NCBI RefSeq assembly: GCF_006345805.1
Contig: NW_021833055.1
Location: 1 to 64,000 of the forward strand
Direction of reading: 5' to 3'
Source: Octopus sinensis
Lineage: Eukaryota
DNA: 64,000 bases
Both the position numbers and the translations under genes were made by a program. The notes below the pieces were generated by a model. That model saw only the letters and a list, made by a program, of their open reading frames with translations, did no database searches and was not told where the DNA came from. This document shows positions 50,361 through 62,598 of the stretch, in pieces (position 1 is the stretch's first letter; each line of letters begins with the position of its first letter).

Positions 50361-50820
50361 AGTGGCTGTGTGGTAAGTAGATTGCTTACCAACCAAATGC
50401 TTCTTTGTTCAGTTCCACTGATTGGGTAGGTGTCCTCTATTATAGCCTCGGACAGACCCAAGCATCGTGAGTGGATATTGTACACGGAAGCTAAAAGAAG
50501 CCCGTCGTATATGTATTTATGTATGTATGTATGTATGTATGAGTGTATGTATGTATGTATGTATGTATGTATGTATGTACGTATGCATATATGTATTTAT
50601 GTATGTATGTGTGTATATGTTGTGTTTGTGTATATTTGTAGCCCCAACATCGCTTGACAACCGACGCTGTTGTGTTTACGACGCGTAACTTCGCGGTTCG
50701 GCAAAAGATCCGACAGAATAAGTACTAGCCTTACAAAGAATTAGTCCTGCGGTCTATTTGGTCGACTAAAAGTGGTGCTCCAGTATGGCTGCAGTCAAAT
50801 GACTGAAACAAGTAACAGAA
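50361..50820 (+). mobile_element. Full-length diverged SINE family A with expanded (TATG)n core
   Basis: agtggctgtgtggtaagtagattgcttaccaacc...tail gtggtgctccagtatggctgcagtcaaatgactgaaacaagtaa. Confidence 0.88.
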
Positions 50821-51936
50821 CGAACGAGCGAAAGAATATACTGGAAGAGAAACACTAAAATCCGAATACAATTGTCTATCGCCCATACTCTGCTACCAGA
50901 TAACATTTCCAAACTCACCTTGGGCACAGTACCACCCAATTTGTAAACAGCTGCTCTATAGTATATCTCATATTTAATGAATCACTGTTCTTACAGCAAA
51001 TGATTTATATCACGGCTACCCTTCAGGCGGGAATTTTTATTACATTTACGTCTAGGTACTTCAAGCTGGTTTCACATACGTCTGTGCACGTTCTGAATAT
51101 TTTATCAACGTACAATTTATTTTTGATTTTGCTCTTCAACTGTCAAGTTCTCTATTCTTCTTCTTCCTCCCGGCTTGTTCATGATTTCACTCATTTTCTG
51201 CGGTGAATTCGTTTAAATTGTCAAGCATTGTCTCTTCTTTTCGCCAAATTCAGCTTATTTCATTCTGATAAGCTGCTTCGTCGTATTCACCTTTCACTCA
51301 TTTAAGTCTTGTACTTGAAGATAACGGTTAGACATATTTTCTGTCCTACTATCTGTTTATTCTATTCTATACGAAACTTTCTGTCCCTCTTTGGCCACAT
51401 ATATTGAAATTGTCGTTTCTAACATCATATTATTTCACCCCTACTCCTCCTTCTTCTCCTTATCTTCCTTCTCCTCCTACTCCGCCCTATCTTCCTCATT
51501 ATCATTCCCATCATGATCATGGTGATCATCATCATCGTTATCATTTTCAGAGCCGTAAAAATCTATTGGATATACTGAGCAATTGTTGAGGAAAATGTAT
51601 CCGAATGAAAGTCGGATAAGGGAATAGGATGTGGCCGGCATATGATCTTTATTTACATATTGAAAACGTTTCCTACAAACAAATTTAGAATATATACAAA
51701 TATATTTACGGAGCAAATAATTCACGAGAAAATAATTTGTGAACATATCATTGACTCAATTATTAGCTACTATAACAATTTAAAAGTGATAATAACAGAA
51801 TCAATAGCATATGAAATTGCAGGTCCTAAAAAAGCATTAAATAGCTGAAAGACCAAAATTAATCAAAGGACATATTAAGTATATGTACCTGCTGGAAATA
51901 ACAGTCAAAACCCTTAAATATAATACTTGTATATAT

Positions 51937-51997
<61 letters not shown>

Positions 51998-52135
51998 CAT
52001 ATATCCATGTGTGTATTCGCGTGTGTATCATTTTACATGTATTTGTTCCTCTTCCACCTCTTTAAAACCGGTGCTGGTTTGTTTTCTTTTCTATAACCTG
52101 GTGGTTTGGCAACATGTTCCGATAGAATATAAACC

Positions 52136-52425
52136 GGATCTGTTTTTTTTTTCTTCAATTTCTGCTATTTCAACCAATCAAATGCGTCTATTGAGGTAAA
52201 AAAAAACAACATTATGTGCCGTATGAACATATCCCTTGTTTAAGTAACAGATTGGGTTTATTTACATTTGTGAAGAAAAAAAGATACGCTTCCCCCCACC
52301 ACTAACCCTAACCCTAACCCTAAAAACAGATTGAAATGCAATAGATCGATATTAGGGTCATAATTATGGGTGACAATTTCATATGACACCGCTAGAAAAA
52401 ATTGCCGTTCAAACCGAAAAGATCC
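52136..52425. mobile_element. Family E MITE (internally deleted) with (CTAACC)3, nested in an old SINE A tail
   Basis: GGATCT...AACCGAAAAGATCC; flanking 8-mers tataaacc (52128-52135) and tatatacc (52426-52433); telomere-like run at 52302-52323; SINE A-like sequence on both flanks. Confidence 0.85.
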
Positions 52426-53227
52426 TATATACCTGACTGATGAAAATAATGGTGTCGATTTGTTTGACTAAACCGTTCAAAATGTACTCCCTCCCTGTAT
52501 GGTCGCACTGCAATGACTTGAACTAGCAAAAAATACAAAAGATAAATAAAGTACTGTTAGTCAACACAAAATGAAATGTGTTCGTGTCTGTATGTGTGTG
52601 TGTGTGCGTTTGTGTGTAGGGGGTGGTGTTATTTATTTCCAAACTCGGGATTTAATGTCTGAAAGGGAAAACACACCAGATTCGTATTCGAAACGGGAAC
52701 ATAAATACGAAATATGGATAGATTAGAGAAAGCAAATCGTTATTTCTGCTTGTCTATTCTATTCTTCATATCTACCTCACTAATTTAATGGAACAGGAGA
52801 ATGAAATCGAATTTTAACATATCGTTGCATTGAATACATATATCGACAAGTGGTTTACTGATAAACAAATACTACATATGGCATATCAGTTATTTTACTG
52901 TACACATCAGTGGTTTTAATTGAGCGATAAGCACTGCGTATTTAACATATCATTGTTACAGTCGTTCGCCGTCGTCATTATAGTGGTGGAAACTGCTGCA
53001 GTCGTGTAATAATGCCCACTTATTGGTGGATGACTATGTTTACTGAATTTCAATTGTATGGCTTTTATTTTCTTCAGATGCAACGCTCGTTTTATCAAAT
53101 GGAGAAGTAACTTCACGTCGTTTCATAACGACAGCGTTGCTGGTTCTATTTCAGCGTGCGTTATTTATTGCTGTGAAAATAATTTGGCAATAGGGTTTCG
53201 AATGCGGTTACTGTGAAAAAGATATGG

Positions 53228-53614
53228 ATGGAAGCACTCTGTTGGTTACGACGACGAGGGTTCCGGTTGATCCGAATCGACGGAACAGCCTGCTCGTGAA
53301 ATTAACGTGTAAGTGGCTGAGCACTCCACAGACACGTGTACCCTTAACGTAGTTCTCGGGTATATTCAGCGTGACACAGAGAGTGACAAGGCCGGCCCTT
53401 TGAAATACAGGTACAACAGAAACAGGAAGAAAGAGTGAGAGAAAGTTGTGGTGAAAGAGTACAGCAGGGATTACCACCATCCCCTGCCGGAGCCTCGTGG
53501 AGCTTTAGGTGTTTTTCGCTCAATAAACACTCACAACGCCCGGTCTGGGAATCGAAACCACGATCCTATGACCTCGAGTCCGCTGCCCTAACCACTGGGC
53601 CATTGCGCCTCCAC
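53228..53614 (-). mobile_element. Full-length SINE family C
   Basis: Complete head-to-tail copy; probable TSD aaaaagatat at 53216-53225 and 53634-53643. Confidence 0.92.
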
Positions 53615-54848
53615 GCCGAAAAAAAAAAAAAAAAAAAAGATATACACATGCACAGGTAACATTAGTGATTGAGTTGCAGGTTGAGTTTCAATTGTATGGC
53701 TTTTATTTTCTTCAATTTTATCAAATGAAGAAGTAACTTCACGTCGTTTCATAACCGCAACGTTGCTGGTTCTATTTCAGCGTGCGGTGTTTAACATAGT
53801 TATTTATTGCTGATCTGGATTCTCACATCTACCCTACAAAGTTACTTTAACAATAAGCAATCACATCATCATATCTGGAAGCTACAACAAAACGTATGCT
53901 AATGCAAATCGATGTGAATGAATAAGCATCACATGCGGCAGAATTATCGGAATGCATAAACAGACTTCATGGAATGGCTGCGTTTTATCTCTCTTCTTCT
54001 AGTTCTAACAGGTCGAAAGCCCGCGTTTAGGCTACAGCATTTGACTTCACGCTATTTGTTTTCAGAACTGTTATGTATATTCCAAGCCGATAGATTTTAG
54101 TAAATTGAAATTGCGCCTGACAATGGATGTATAATACAGCACGGGTTGATAGGGGAGGGTTAAATATCCTACACATAAATACGGTGAAGAGAACAGACGT
54201 AATGGGCTTTTTCATACTTTAGATTGGCAACTTAATGATTCGACTGTATTCAGCTCTGCTTCTAGTCATAAATTGATTTTTAACGAACTATTAATTCTTC
54301 CGTTGCTCACATTTCTATTCAGTACGGTAGGCTATTAACTTTGTTTTGTTTTTTTTTTTTTCGTCTCCATGATTTATCTCTTTCATCCGACATCGCATGT
54401 TTTATTTTCGAAATTTCAGTTTGTTAAGATTTGAGATAGGGGAGAGAAATGAGAAACGTACGGACATAAATAACACGCAAAGATGTGGACAGGCACACCT
54501 ACCCACACCCAGACACGCACACACACATACACACGCGCGCACTCACACAGACACATACACACACACGCACATATATATATATATATATATATATAGTTAC
54601 TTACACGCATAACCTTTAATATGCACACAGACACACACATGAACGGTCGCAAGCACGAGCACGCATACACATACTCACATACACACATATACACTCACAC
54701 ATAGGCATATGTATATTTATATATACACGTCAGGTGAGAGAGATTCATATTAAATTTTATGCTAATTTCATCTTAATTTAATTTGCAATCCGTTGTTAAA
54801 ATTATCTTTGCAAATTTCTTAATTTTAGGCACGCGTATGTGTGTATAT

Positions 54849-54895
<47 letters not shown>

Positions 54896-54946
54896 GTGTG
54901 TATCTATGTGTGTGTCTGTGTGTGTGTGCATGTGTGTATACATACA

Positions 54947-54974
54947 TATTATTATTATTATTATTATTATTATA

Positions 54975-55013
<39 letters not shown>

Positions 55014-55246
55014 GTTATTATTATTATTATTATATTATTATTGTTATTATTATTATTATTATGATTATTAGTATATTATTATTATATTATTATTATTATT
55101 ATTATATTCATCATCATCATCATCATTATTATTATTTAATTTTTGAAATATGCTAGCTTGCAACAAGATAGATGAATGTGTACTTGTACATATATTTCCA
55201 AGTTTTAAGTGTTCGAAATAAGCCATGATTTTATGCAAAACGACAC

Positions 55247-55308
<62 letters not shown>

Positions 55309-55312
55309 TAAG
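54947..55312. repeat. (TTA)n and (TAA)n microsatellites
   Basis: TTA tract about 54947-55135; TAA tract about 55247-55312. Confidence 0.95.
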
Positions 55313-56209
55313 TAATGATATTGGACTGCTGTTTCTTGTACATATGGTCGCAGTAGTAATTACGAAGAGTGGCTGGAAGGTAAACTTCAACGGCATAAAA
55401 TTACCTCAAGACAACATCATTAGATCGTTCTTGAATAATGAGGGTTAGAAGTATGTATGAGTTTTGCAAGATGGTAGGATAATGGGACAGTAAATGACAG
55501 GGAAATCACTAAAGTGTACAAAAGAAGAATTAGGAAGGTGCTCGAAACAAAATTATATGTAGGGAACATCATCAAAATCGCAAATACATAATTTATACAT
55601 GTACGAAGAGATTGTTCTTCCATTTATGGAATGGGCGAAGGCTGAGTTACAGATCTTGGCTAGAAAAATTAATATGCTATTCACAGTTCCCAACGCGGGC
55701 CACAGTAAAAGCGATCCCGACTTACATTACCTACCAAGAAAGGTTTTATATCCTGGTGTTGGATATATAATTTAACGGAGCAGGAGGAAGAAGATATTCC
55801 CACGACGCACTACGATTACTGTTACACAGGGTTAAACGCCCGTCTGCCGACGGCGCACAGTGAGCTGCATCTCATCAAATGCTCACCGTTCTATATTGTC
55901 TTGCAATGTTTCAGTCCCCTTTCTGTAACTTTTCGGGATCCTTCCACGACAAAAATAAAGAGGTACGGTATTACTAAAAGCGGAAGACACAGCTAATAAT
56001 AATAATAATATGTTGCTCAAAGTAAAGAAATAATATTTTCCGCAGCCAGGGATACCCAAAATTGACTAAAACGGTAGTAGAGTTCAAATAGAAAATGGAG
56101 ATGAACAACAAAAGAAACGGAAAGGAATTGAATTACATGACCATTTCTTGTCCAGAACTGAGAATTTTAGAAATTATAACCGCCGGCTATGGTTCACAGA
56201 CGAGTAATT

Positions 56210-56365
56210 CAACGAGGAACAGATACCCTGATTATATATTTCTTTACTACCCACAAGAGGACAAAAACAAGGACAGACAAACGGATTAAGTCGATTATAT
56301 CGACCCCAGTGCGTACTGGTACTTTATTTATCGACCCCGAAAGGATGAAAGGCAAAGTCAACCTC
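56210..56365 (-). mobile_element. SINE family B, 3' half
   Basis: ttctttactacccacaag...gattaagtcgattatatcgaccccagtgcgtactggtactttatttatcgaccccgaaaggatgaaaggcaaagtcaacctc. Confidence 0.85.
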
Positions 56366-56730
56366 ATCATCATCGTCATCATCACCATCATCATCATCAT
56401 CATCATCATCATTATAAATCATCATCATTATCATCATCATAAATCGTCATCATAATCATCGTCGCCGTGACCATCATCATCATCATCATTATCATCATCG
56501 TCATCTTCGTCGTTTTCGTCGCCGCCGTCTTCGTCGATATCGCCCTGTCGTCACAGCAGTAGCACCTGTAATCGTCATCACCGTCACCATCATGAACAGT
56601 TTCCAAACAGTTCATCACCATCATCCTCTTCATCATCATCCTCATCATCCTCATCATCATCGTCGTCGCCGATGCCATCATCATCATCATCAACATCATC
56701 ATCAGCATCACCTTCACAATCAACGTTATC
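56365..56730. repeat. Imperfect (CAT)n / (CGT)n trinucleotide tract
   Basis: Degenerate cat/cgt run; source of the poly-M/D/H/I ORFs. Confidence 0.9.
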
Positions 56731-57507
56731 ATCCCTAATACCTCCCCTCTTCTCTAGCATATCATGATAATCTTACGTATTACAAGCATCCACCTCCGCA
56801 TCACAAGCATCTCCCGCCTTCATTCTCATTTTCCTCATCAGCATTATACCCTCCTTCCCTTCCTACTCCTCCTCATCATCATAATCAGCAATGCTATTTT
56901 GGGCACCGCACCTCCACCCACAACACCACCACCGCATCCGCCCTCAACCTCACCGACGTCTTCGACATCGCTGTTTACATATTAGCATTGATGCCATTGT
57001 TATCTCACTTTTGCTGTTACCGATACGAAATTTCGGATGCTCCAAATTCATGGCAACAAAGATTTCATCAAAACTGGAAAATCTAAATAAAAATAAAACA
57101 AAAAAAAAACATCAACATTTTTTAAACAACATTATAAGGATTCCGAACAAGCCAATCAGTGTTAATATTTACTCAATTTTGTATTTAAGTTGAATTTTGT
57201 TTTCATTTTCGAATTTTCACTGCAGTATTTCTCGATTTGAAACGGTTCAGGTTGGAATGACACCAATTTAGAGTTAGTTAATTCTTAGACAATGGAAATG
57301 GGAATGTTTTTCATTATCTTCTTTATAGATCTGTTGCAGCATTTTCGACGTGATTTTTATTCAATGAAATGCGTATTATATGTTTAGATATATATATACA
57401 TACACACACACACAGATATAAATTTGTCTGTGTGTGTGTATATATATATAAATATATATATGTATATATTTATATATGTATATATATATAGATATATATA
57501 TGTGTGT

Positions 57508-57550
<43 letters not shown>

Positions 57551-57727
57551 CATATAATGTATGTATGTATATAATCATCTGTGTTTGTGTTTCTGTGGGT
57601 GTGTGGGTGGATGTAATTTCATATTCTTACATAAATTTGCGAACACACGAATACTGACACACACACACTAACAGTGCACATACAAACGCACACTCGCATA
57701 CATACAAACATACATACACATATATAA

Positions 57728-57782
<55 letters not shown>

Positions 57783-57840
57783 TATATATGTATAAATACA
57801 CACATATATATATATATGTAAGTATCTATCTATGCATCTT

Positions 57841-57885
<45 letters not shown>

Positions 57886-57949
57886 ATATATATATATATA
57901 TTTAAATTATACAAATTAAGTTTTGGGTGCGTAGACACTTATAGGTACG

Positions 57950-57986
<37 letters not shown>

Positions 57987-58854
57987 TTGTTCGCGTGTGT
58001 ATGTGTGTACCGGCGTGCAAGTGTTCATGTAAGTATGGCTGCACGAACGAACGTTCTGACTCATATCGATATTCAACATGTAATTTCTCTGCTTTTTGAT
58101 ATTACATTTTATTTTCAGAAGAGTTGCATGAGAGAAACCAAGAACACCGAAAAGAAAATTAAAAGGAACGAAACTCAATTACTCAGTATTTTCTTTAGAA
58201 AAATAATTAGTGAAATAATATAACAAGAGTACAATATCTGATAAGAAGTAAACGAGTTACGAACATATTTCTTTTACTTCATTTCCTCGCGTTATCTTTG
58301 TTTTAAATTTATTTTCATTCTCGTTTTGCTGTCTTATTCGATAATATAAATTTCAGATAATATGCTATATTTCCTCTTTCATATTTAATTTTAGTGATAA
58401 ACATAGTGAAAATGAAATAAATGCTCAAATAAGCATTCACCTATGACTTAATTCCCAAGCAGTATATGTATATGGTTATATGAAGTGTGTAAGTATATTC
58501 CGTCAGGTTGAGAAAAAAGTAAGTAGCGTTTTGAAACATGAAGAATTCGTACCGGAATTTTAAAGAGGTGATTTTTCAAAAACATTTCATTTGCATTTAT
58601 CATATAATACAACCGTAGACTTGCCCAAAGACATCAATAAATTAACATTGATATTCTTTTTTCAATGTTGTTATATTCATCTGGAACAACTTGTTCGCGA
58701 ATGTTGTTTGTGCGTCGTTAGGGAGGTTAGTGAAGGATTGTTGAATTGGAATTATATTTATTATTAATGGTTGGCTTGAGACACTTGCTTTGTAGTTTTG
58801 TTAACGCTGTCCCCATTGTTTGAAGTGTGAATCGCTTTACTTGTGTCTCCGTGA

Positions 58855-59665
58855 TATATGAAGATTCGAATTCTTCAGACGTCGTTACGTCTGAAGATGA
58901 ATTACTGAGAAGTTTATACACTGCAGACCAGAAATGGAAAAAATGAAGGTGGAAAAAAATGAATTTTGCAGCTGCGGATTGTGAAATAAGAGAAGAGAAT
59001 TATTTTAAGAAAGTGGAGTTGAACAAGTATAGGGAAATCCTACGAAGGTCGGGGCACGAATTAAAAGTAACCCCTCCTACTGAAGTTAGAAAGGACACGC
59101 AAAAAATGACATTAATATGTAGAGGTTATAGTCTGGATGTAAAGAGAATGGAGTTATTGACAAAACTACAAGCTGAGAAGGCATGGATACCCATCTGGCA
59201 GGATGTCACCTACCTTGCGAGAGGGAGGAATTACGCAACTGTGGAGGTGCGATTTGCATCTGAGGAAGAGGCGAGTGAAAACATTCAGTAGCCTCCCTGA
59301 AAACGGACGAGGTAATACTTCTCCCTACTTACCTTGGAAGGGGTGCTTCCAGGGTGAAGGTGGAAGAGAATCCCCCGGGAGTAGATGTCGGCTGGCAGCA
59401 AGACTGCTGGATGTAGAAGAGAAGATAGGGTCCTCCGAGTAACGAGAACGCCACTAAAGTATTGACAAGGGCAGACCCTGGAGATAATCATCCAGGCTGC
59501 CTTAGAGGGCCTTGAAAAACGGTGGATGAGGAGGTGGTATTAAGAGTTGGAGAGGAGAGCAGGAAACCCCGATGTTATAAATGTGGCCGAAAAGGCCACA
59601 TAAGAGCAGTGCGTTCTCCACCGACCACAAAAACACCAGCAGTACTTCAGGCCCCGCAGGAAAAT
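58855..59665 (+). pseudogene. L1/Tx1-like non-LTR retrotransposon ORF1 remnant with CCHC zinc knuckle
   Basis: YEDSNSSDVVTSEDELLRSLY...*...YLARGRNYATVEVRFASEE (RRM-like), then after a frameshift PLKTDEVILLPTYLGRGASRVKVE, and KPRCYKCGRKGHIRAVR at 59573-59614 (CX2CX4HX4C with the last Cys TGT to CGT). Stops and frameshifts present. Confidence 0.75.
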
Positions 59666-60195
59666 AATAAATGACGTTCTTCGCAGTGGTTAGATGAAAA
59701 GGAAGCACCAAAAACGTTCCCTAAATCCAAGCTCTTAAAAAGATGGTTATGGGAACTCTTTGGTGTTGTACCGCTGGACATATCTACTATAAATTCTTTA
59801 AACCTAGAAAAGCCATTTTTGCAGAAACATATTGCCATGAAATTGCCAAAATGAACGCAAAACCGCTACTTCTCCGTCCCAGATTGGTCAACAGTAGAGG
59901 CTCCATCATTCTTCATGACAATACACGACCACACCTTTCAATAATGACGCTCCAGAAGTTGAGGGAACTTGGCTATGAGCTCTTCCTCATCCAGCTTATT
60001 TTCCAGACCCTTCTCCTACCAACTACCACTCTTGCAAGCACCTTGATAGTTCCCTGCAAGAGAAAGAGTTCAGAAATTAAATAGATGCTAGAAGTGCGTT
60101 CAAAGTGTTCATCAGCGCCAGAACTACCAGAACAAATAAACTTGTAACTCGCTGGCAAATATGTGTTGATTGAAATGATACTTATTTGTGGAATA
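59666..60195 (+). pseudogene. Mariner (cecropia/Hsmar1-like) transposase catalytic-domain remnant
   Basis: RSSQWLDEKEAPKTFPK...LVNSRGSIILHDNTRPH...LQKLRELGYE, then after a frameshift HPAYFPDPSPTNYH...NKLVTRWQICVD; closely parallels Hsmar1 C-terminal motifs; 5' half missing. Confidence 0.92.
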
Positions 60196-60242
60196 AAATC
60201 TCTGCATTGTTGAAATATATTGTGATGAATTTATCCATATAT

Positions 60243-60325
<83 letters not shown>

Positions 60326-60708
60326 CTCCAAAACGGTTAGTCCTAGAGGTGAACGGATTTTAATTTCGAAATTTACATCCCAAAAAGGTTTTTGATAATT
60401 ATTAATCAAAAATAGAATTTGTTTGCTCTGGTTTTTACACTATTCGCCTTTATATATCACTTCCCCAGTAGTTATATGTATAGATTGTTAATAAAATGTT
60501 ATTTCGCACTCTTAATTATATGGCCTATATATTTAAACAACTGATGATTCACACTTGTCCTAGATGGACTTGCATAAATGAATCTAAATTTTCTTGTGAG
60601 CCGGCATGTGATATATACTCCGTTGTTTATGAAGCTTAGGTATCAGCAAACAATTGCAAAGGCCGACAGAGGCCAAGTGTTGCATTTGAACAGTGGAAGG
60701 AAAATTTG

Positions 60709-60893
60709 AATATATATAAAACTACCAACTTTCAATCTTTAGAACTCCCAACAAGAGACATGCAACAACTATCTCGGAATTAATCTGAAAACCGAAGAAC
60801 GATATGATCACCACCAAAATTCGACTAGAAGACCAACATCAAGTGCTCAATTTGTAGTGAAATTAATGAATTTCAGGGAAAATGGCCACGACT
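60709..60893 (+). pseudogene. Possible decayed Penelope GIY-YIG endonuclease fragment
   Basis: NIYKTT, then after a frameshift YLGINLKTEERYDHHQNS, loosely resembles IYK...YIG.T...FKxRYxNH; weak and by eye only. Confidence 0.3.
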
Positions 60894-61092
60894 AATCAAC
60901 AAATATTTGATTGTTGTAACTCGCTCCATACGCTTCAATCAGGTACCTTTCAAAAGGGGTTCGTGAATGGCGAAAATAACGCGATTTTTCAGAAGCATCG
61001 GTAGCGGCAAACATTAAATACACAACTATGACTTCACTCAATAAAAAAATTACTATTGCGAACACCTAATGAAATGTGCGTGTGTGTATGTT

Positions 61093-61132
<40 letters not shown>

Positions 61133-62598
61133 TGTGTGTGTGTATGTGTATGTTTGTGTGTGTGCGCGTGTGTCTGCCGGTGTGAGGCCAATCATCCCTA
61201 ATACTTAGGGATGATTTAGAAATCTACACAAAAATGTTTAGTTGACCCTGTGAGACAACAGCATTATATATTTGCCCAGGGTGCCAGACAGGAGGTCGAA
61301 ACCCAGAACCATGTGTTTTGGAAGCAAGCTATTTGCGTTTACCCACGCACACGCATACACACTCCTACACGCACAATACAGAAACATATATACATATAGA
61401 GACACACATACACATGCACACACATACATAAATTCACACACGCATACACAAACACGCACACATATTTTAAAATTAAGTATGAGCTAAATTAGATCTATGG
61501 AGGTTTAAAATTAATTATTAATGAATTAATCAAATGTGAATGGTATGATACAATTCGAGGTAAACATGTATTTTGTATAACGTTTTTACTTTTTAAAAAC
61601 CCAAATCATTATATATTGATAAACATGATGAACTTTAAAAATATTGTCAATTCTTATTTTTTTGAAAAAGAAAGCAAACTCGATTAGTCATATTATGGAG
61701 GGAAGATAAAACTAATATCCTGATTTAGTAGTAGCCTCTAAACTTAATTTAGGAAAGTTTATCATTTCAGACAGAAATGTTCTGCATGGTTTTTAGCACT
61801 TACTTAAAAGTACAAATTTGTTGTTTTAGTAATGCAAACTTGATAATCTACATCATTTCCATAATTTGCTATCACCTTCCTCGACCTATTTTGTAAATTT
61901 TGAAATTGTAATTGAAATCTTTTGAGGATATTTGAATTATAAAAAAAAACACACATTTAATTTCTTATACGTACTTCTGCGCTGGCGACACTTTTAACTT
62001 CAAAGAAATAAATAAATAACTGATGCAATGTTGTTTGTAGAAAATAGAGGATGCAGCATTGTGTGTAATTGTGTGTAAAGCTGTCGAGCAATTTCTCCGT
62101 GAATTTCATGTTGTGTGGACACCCCCAGACGATGAGGTAGGCTAGGCGATGAAATAGCATAGCCGAATACGTAGATATAGAGGGAGAAGTCTAGACGTCA
62201 GAGTAGACGAAGTGAGCAGAGTAGCGGTAAGAGTGGAGTAGTAGAGGTTAGTAGAAGTCATCCGAACGTGCGACATAACATTGGCGACGAGGATTTCGTA
62301 GCTCACATAGCCAATGTGTAGTATTGCGATATAACAATTTGAAACTCTGCGATTCAATAAGGTGGTGTGGTTTCAAGAAAACGAATGGTTCAATTATATG
62401 TCCATGGATCTCCGTTGTCATTTGACCATCAAAACTCAAAATGAATTAATCTTTTACACGCCCACGCGTGGAGCTTTTGTTAAGAAGTTTTCTTCCCGTC
62501 TACATGGTCCCAGGTTCAGACCCATTGCTTGTTACCCCGAACAAGAGTCTCTACCATAACACTGGCACGGTCGAATCTTCTTGAGTGCATTTGGAAGA

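Noticed and set aside
52302-52323. (CTAACC)3 as a relic chromosome end or fusion site
   Set aside because: It is internal to a TIR element that has a second copy at 34201-34596.
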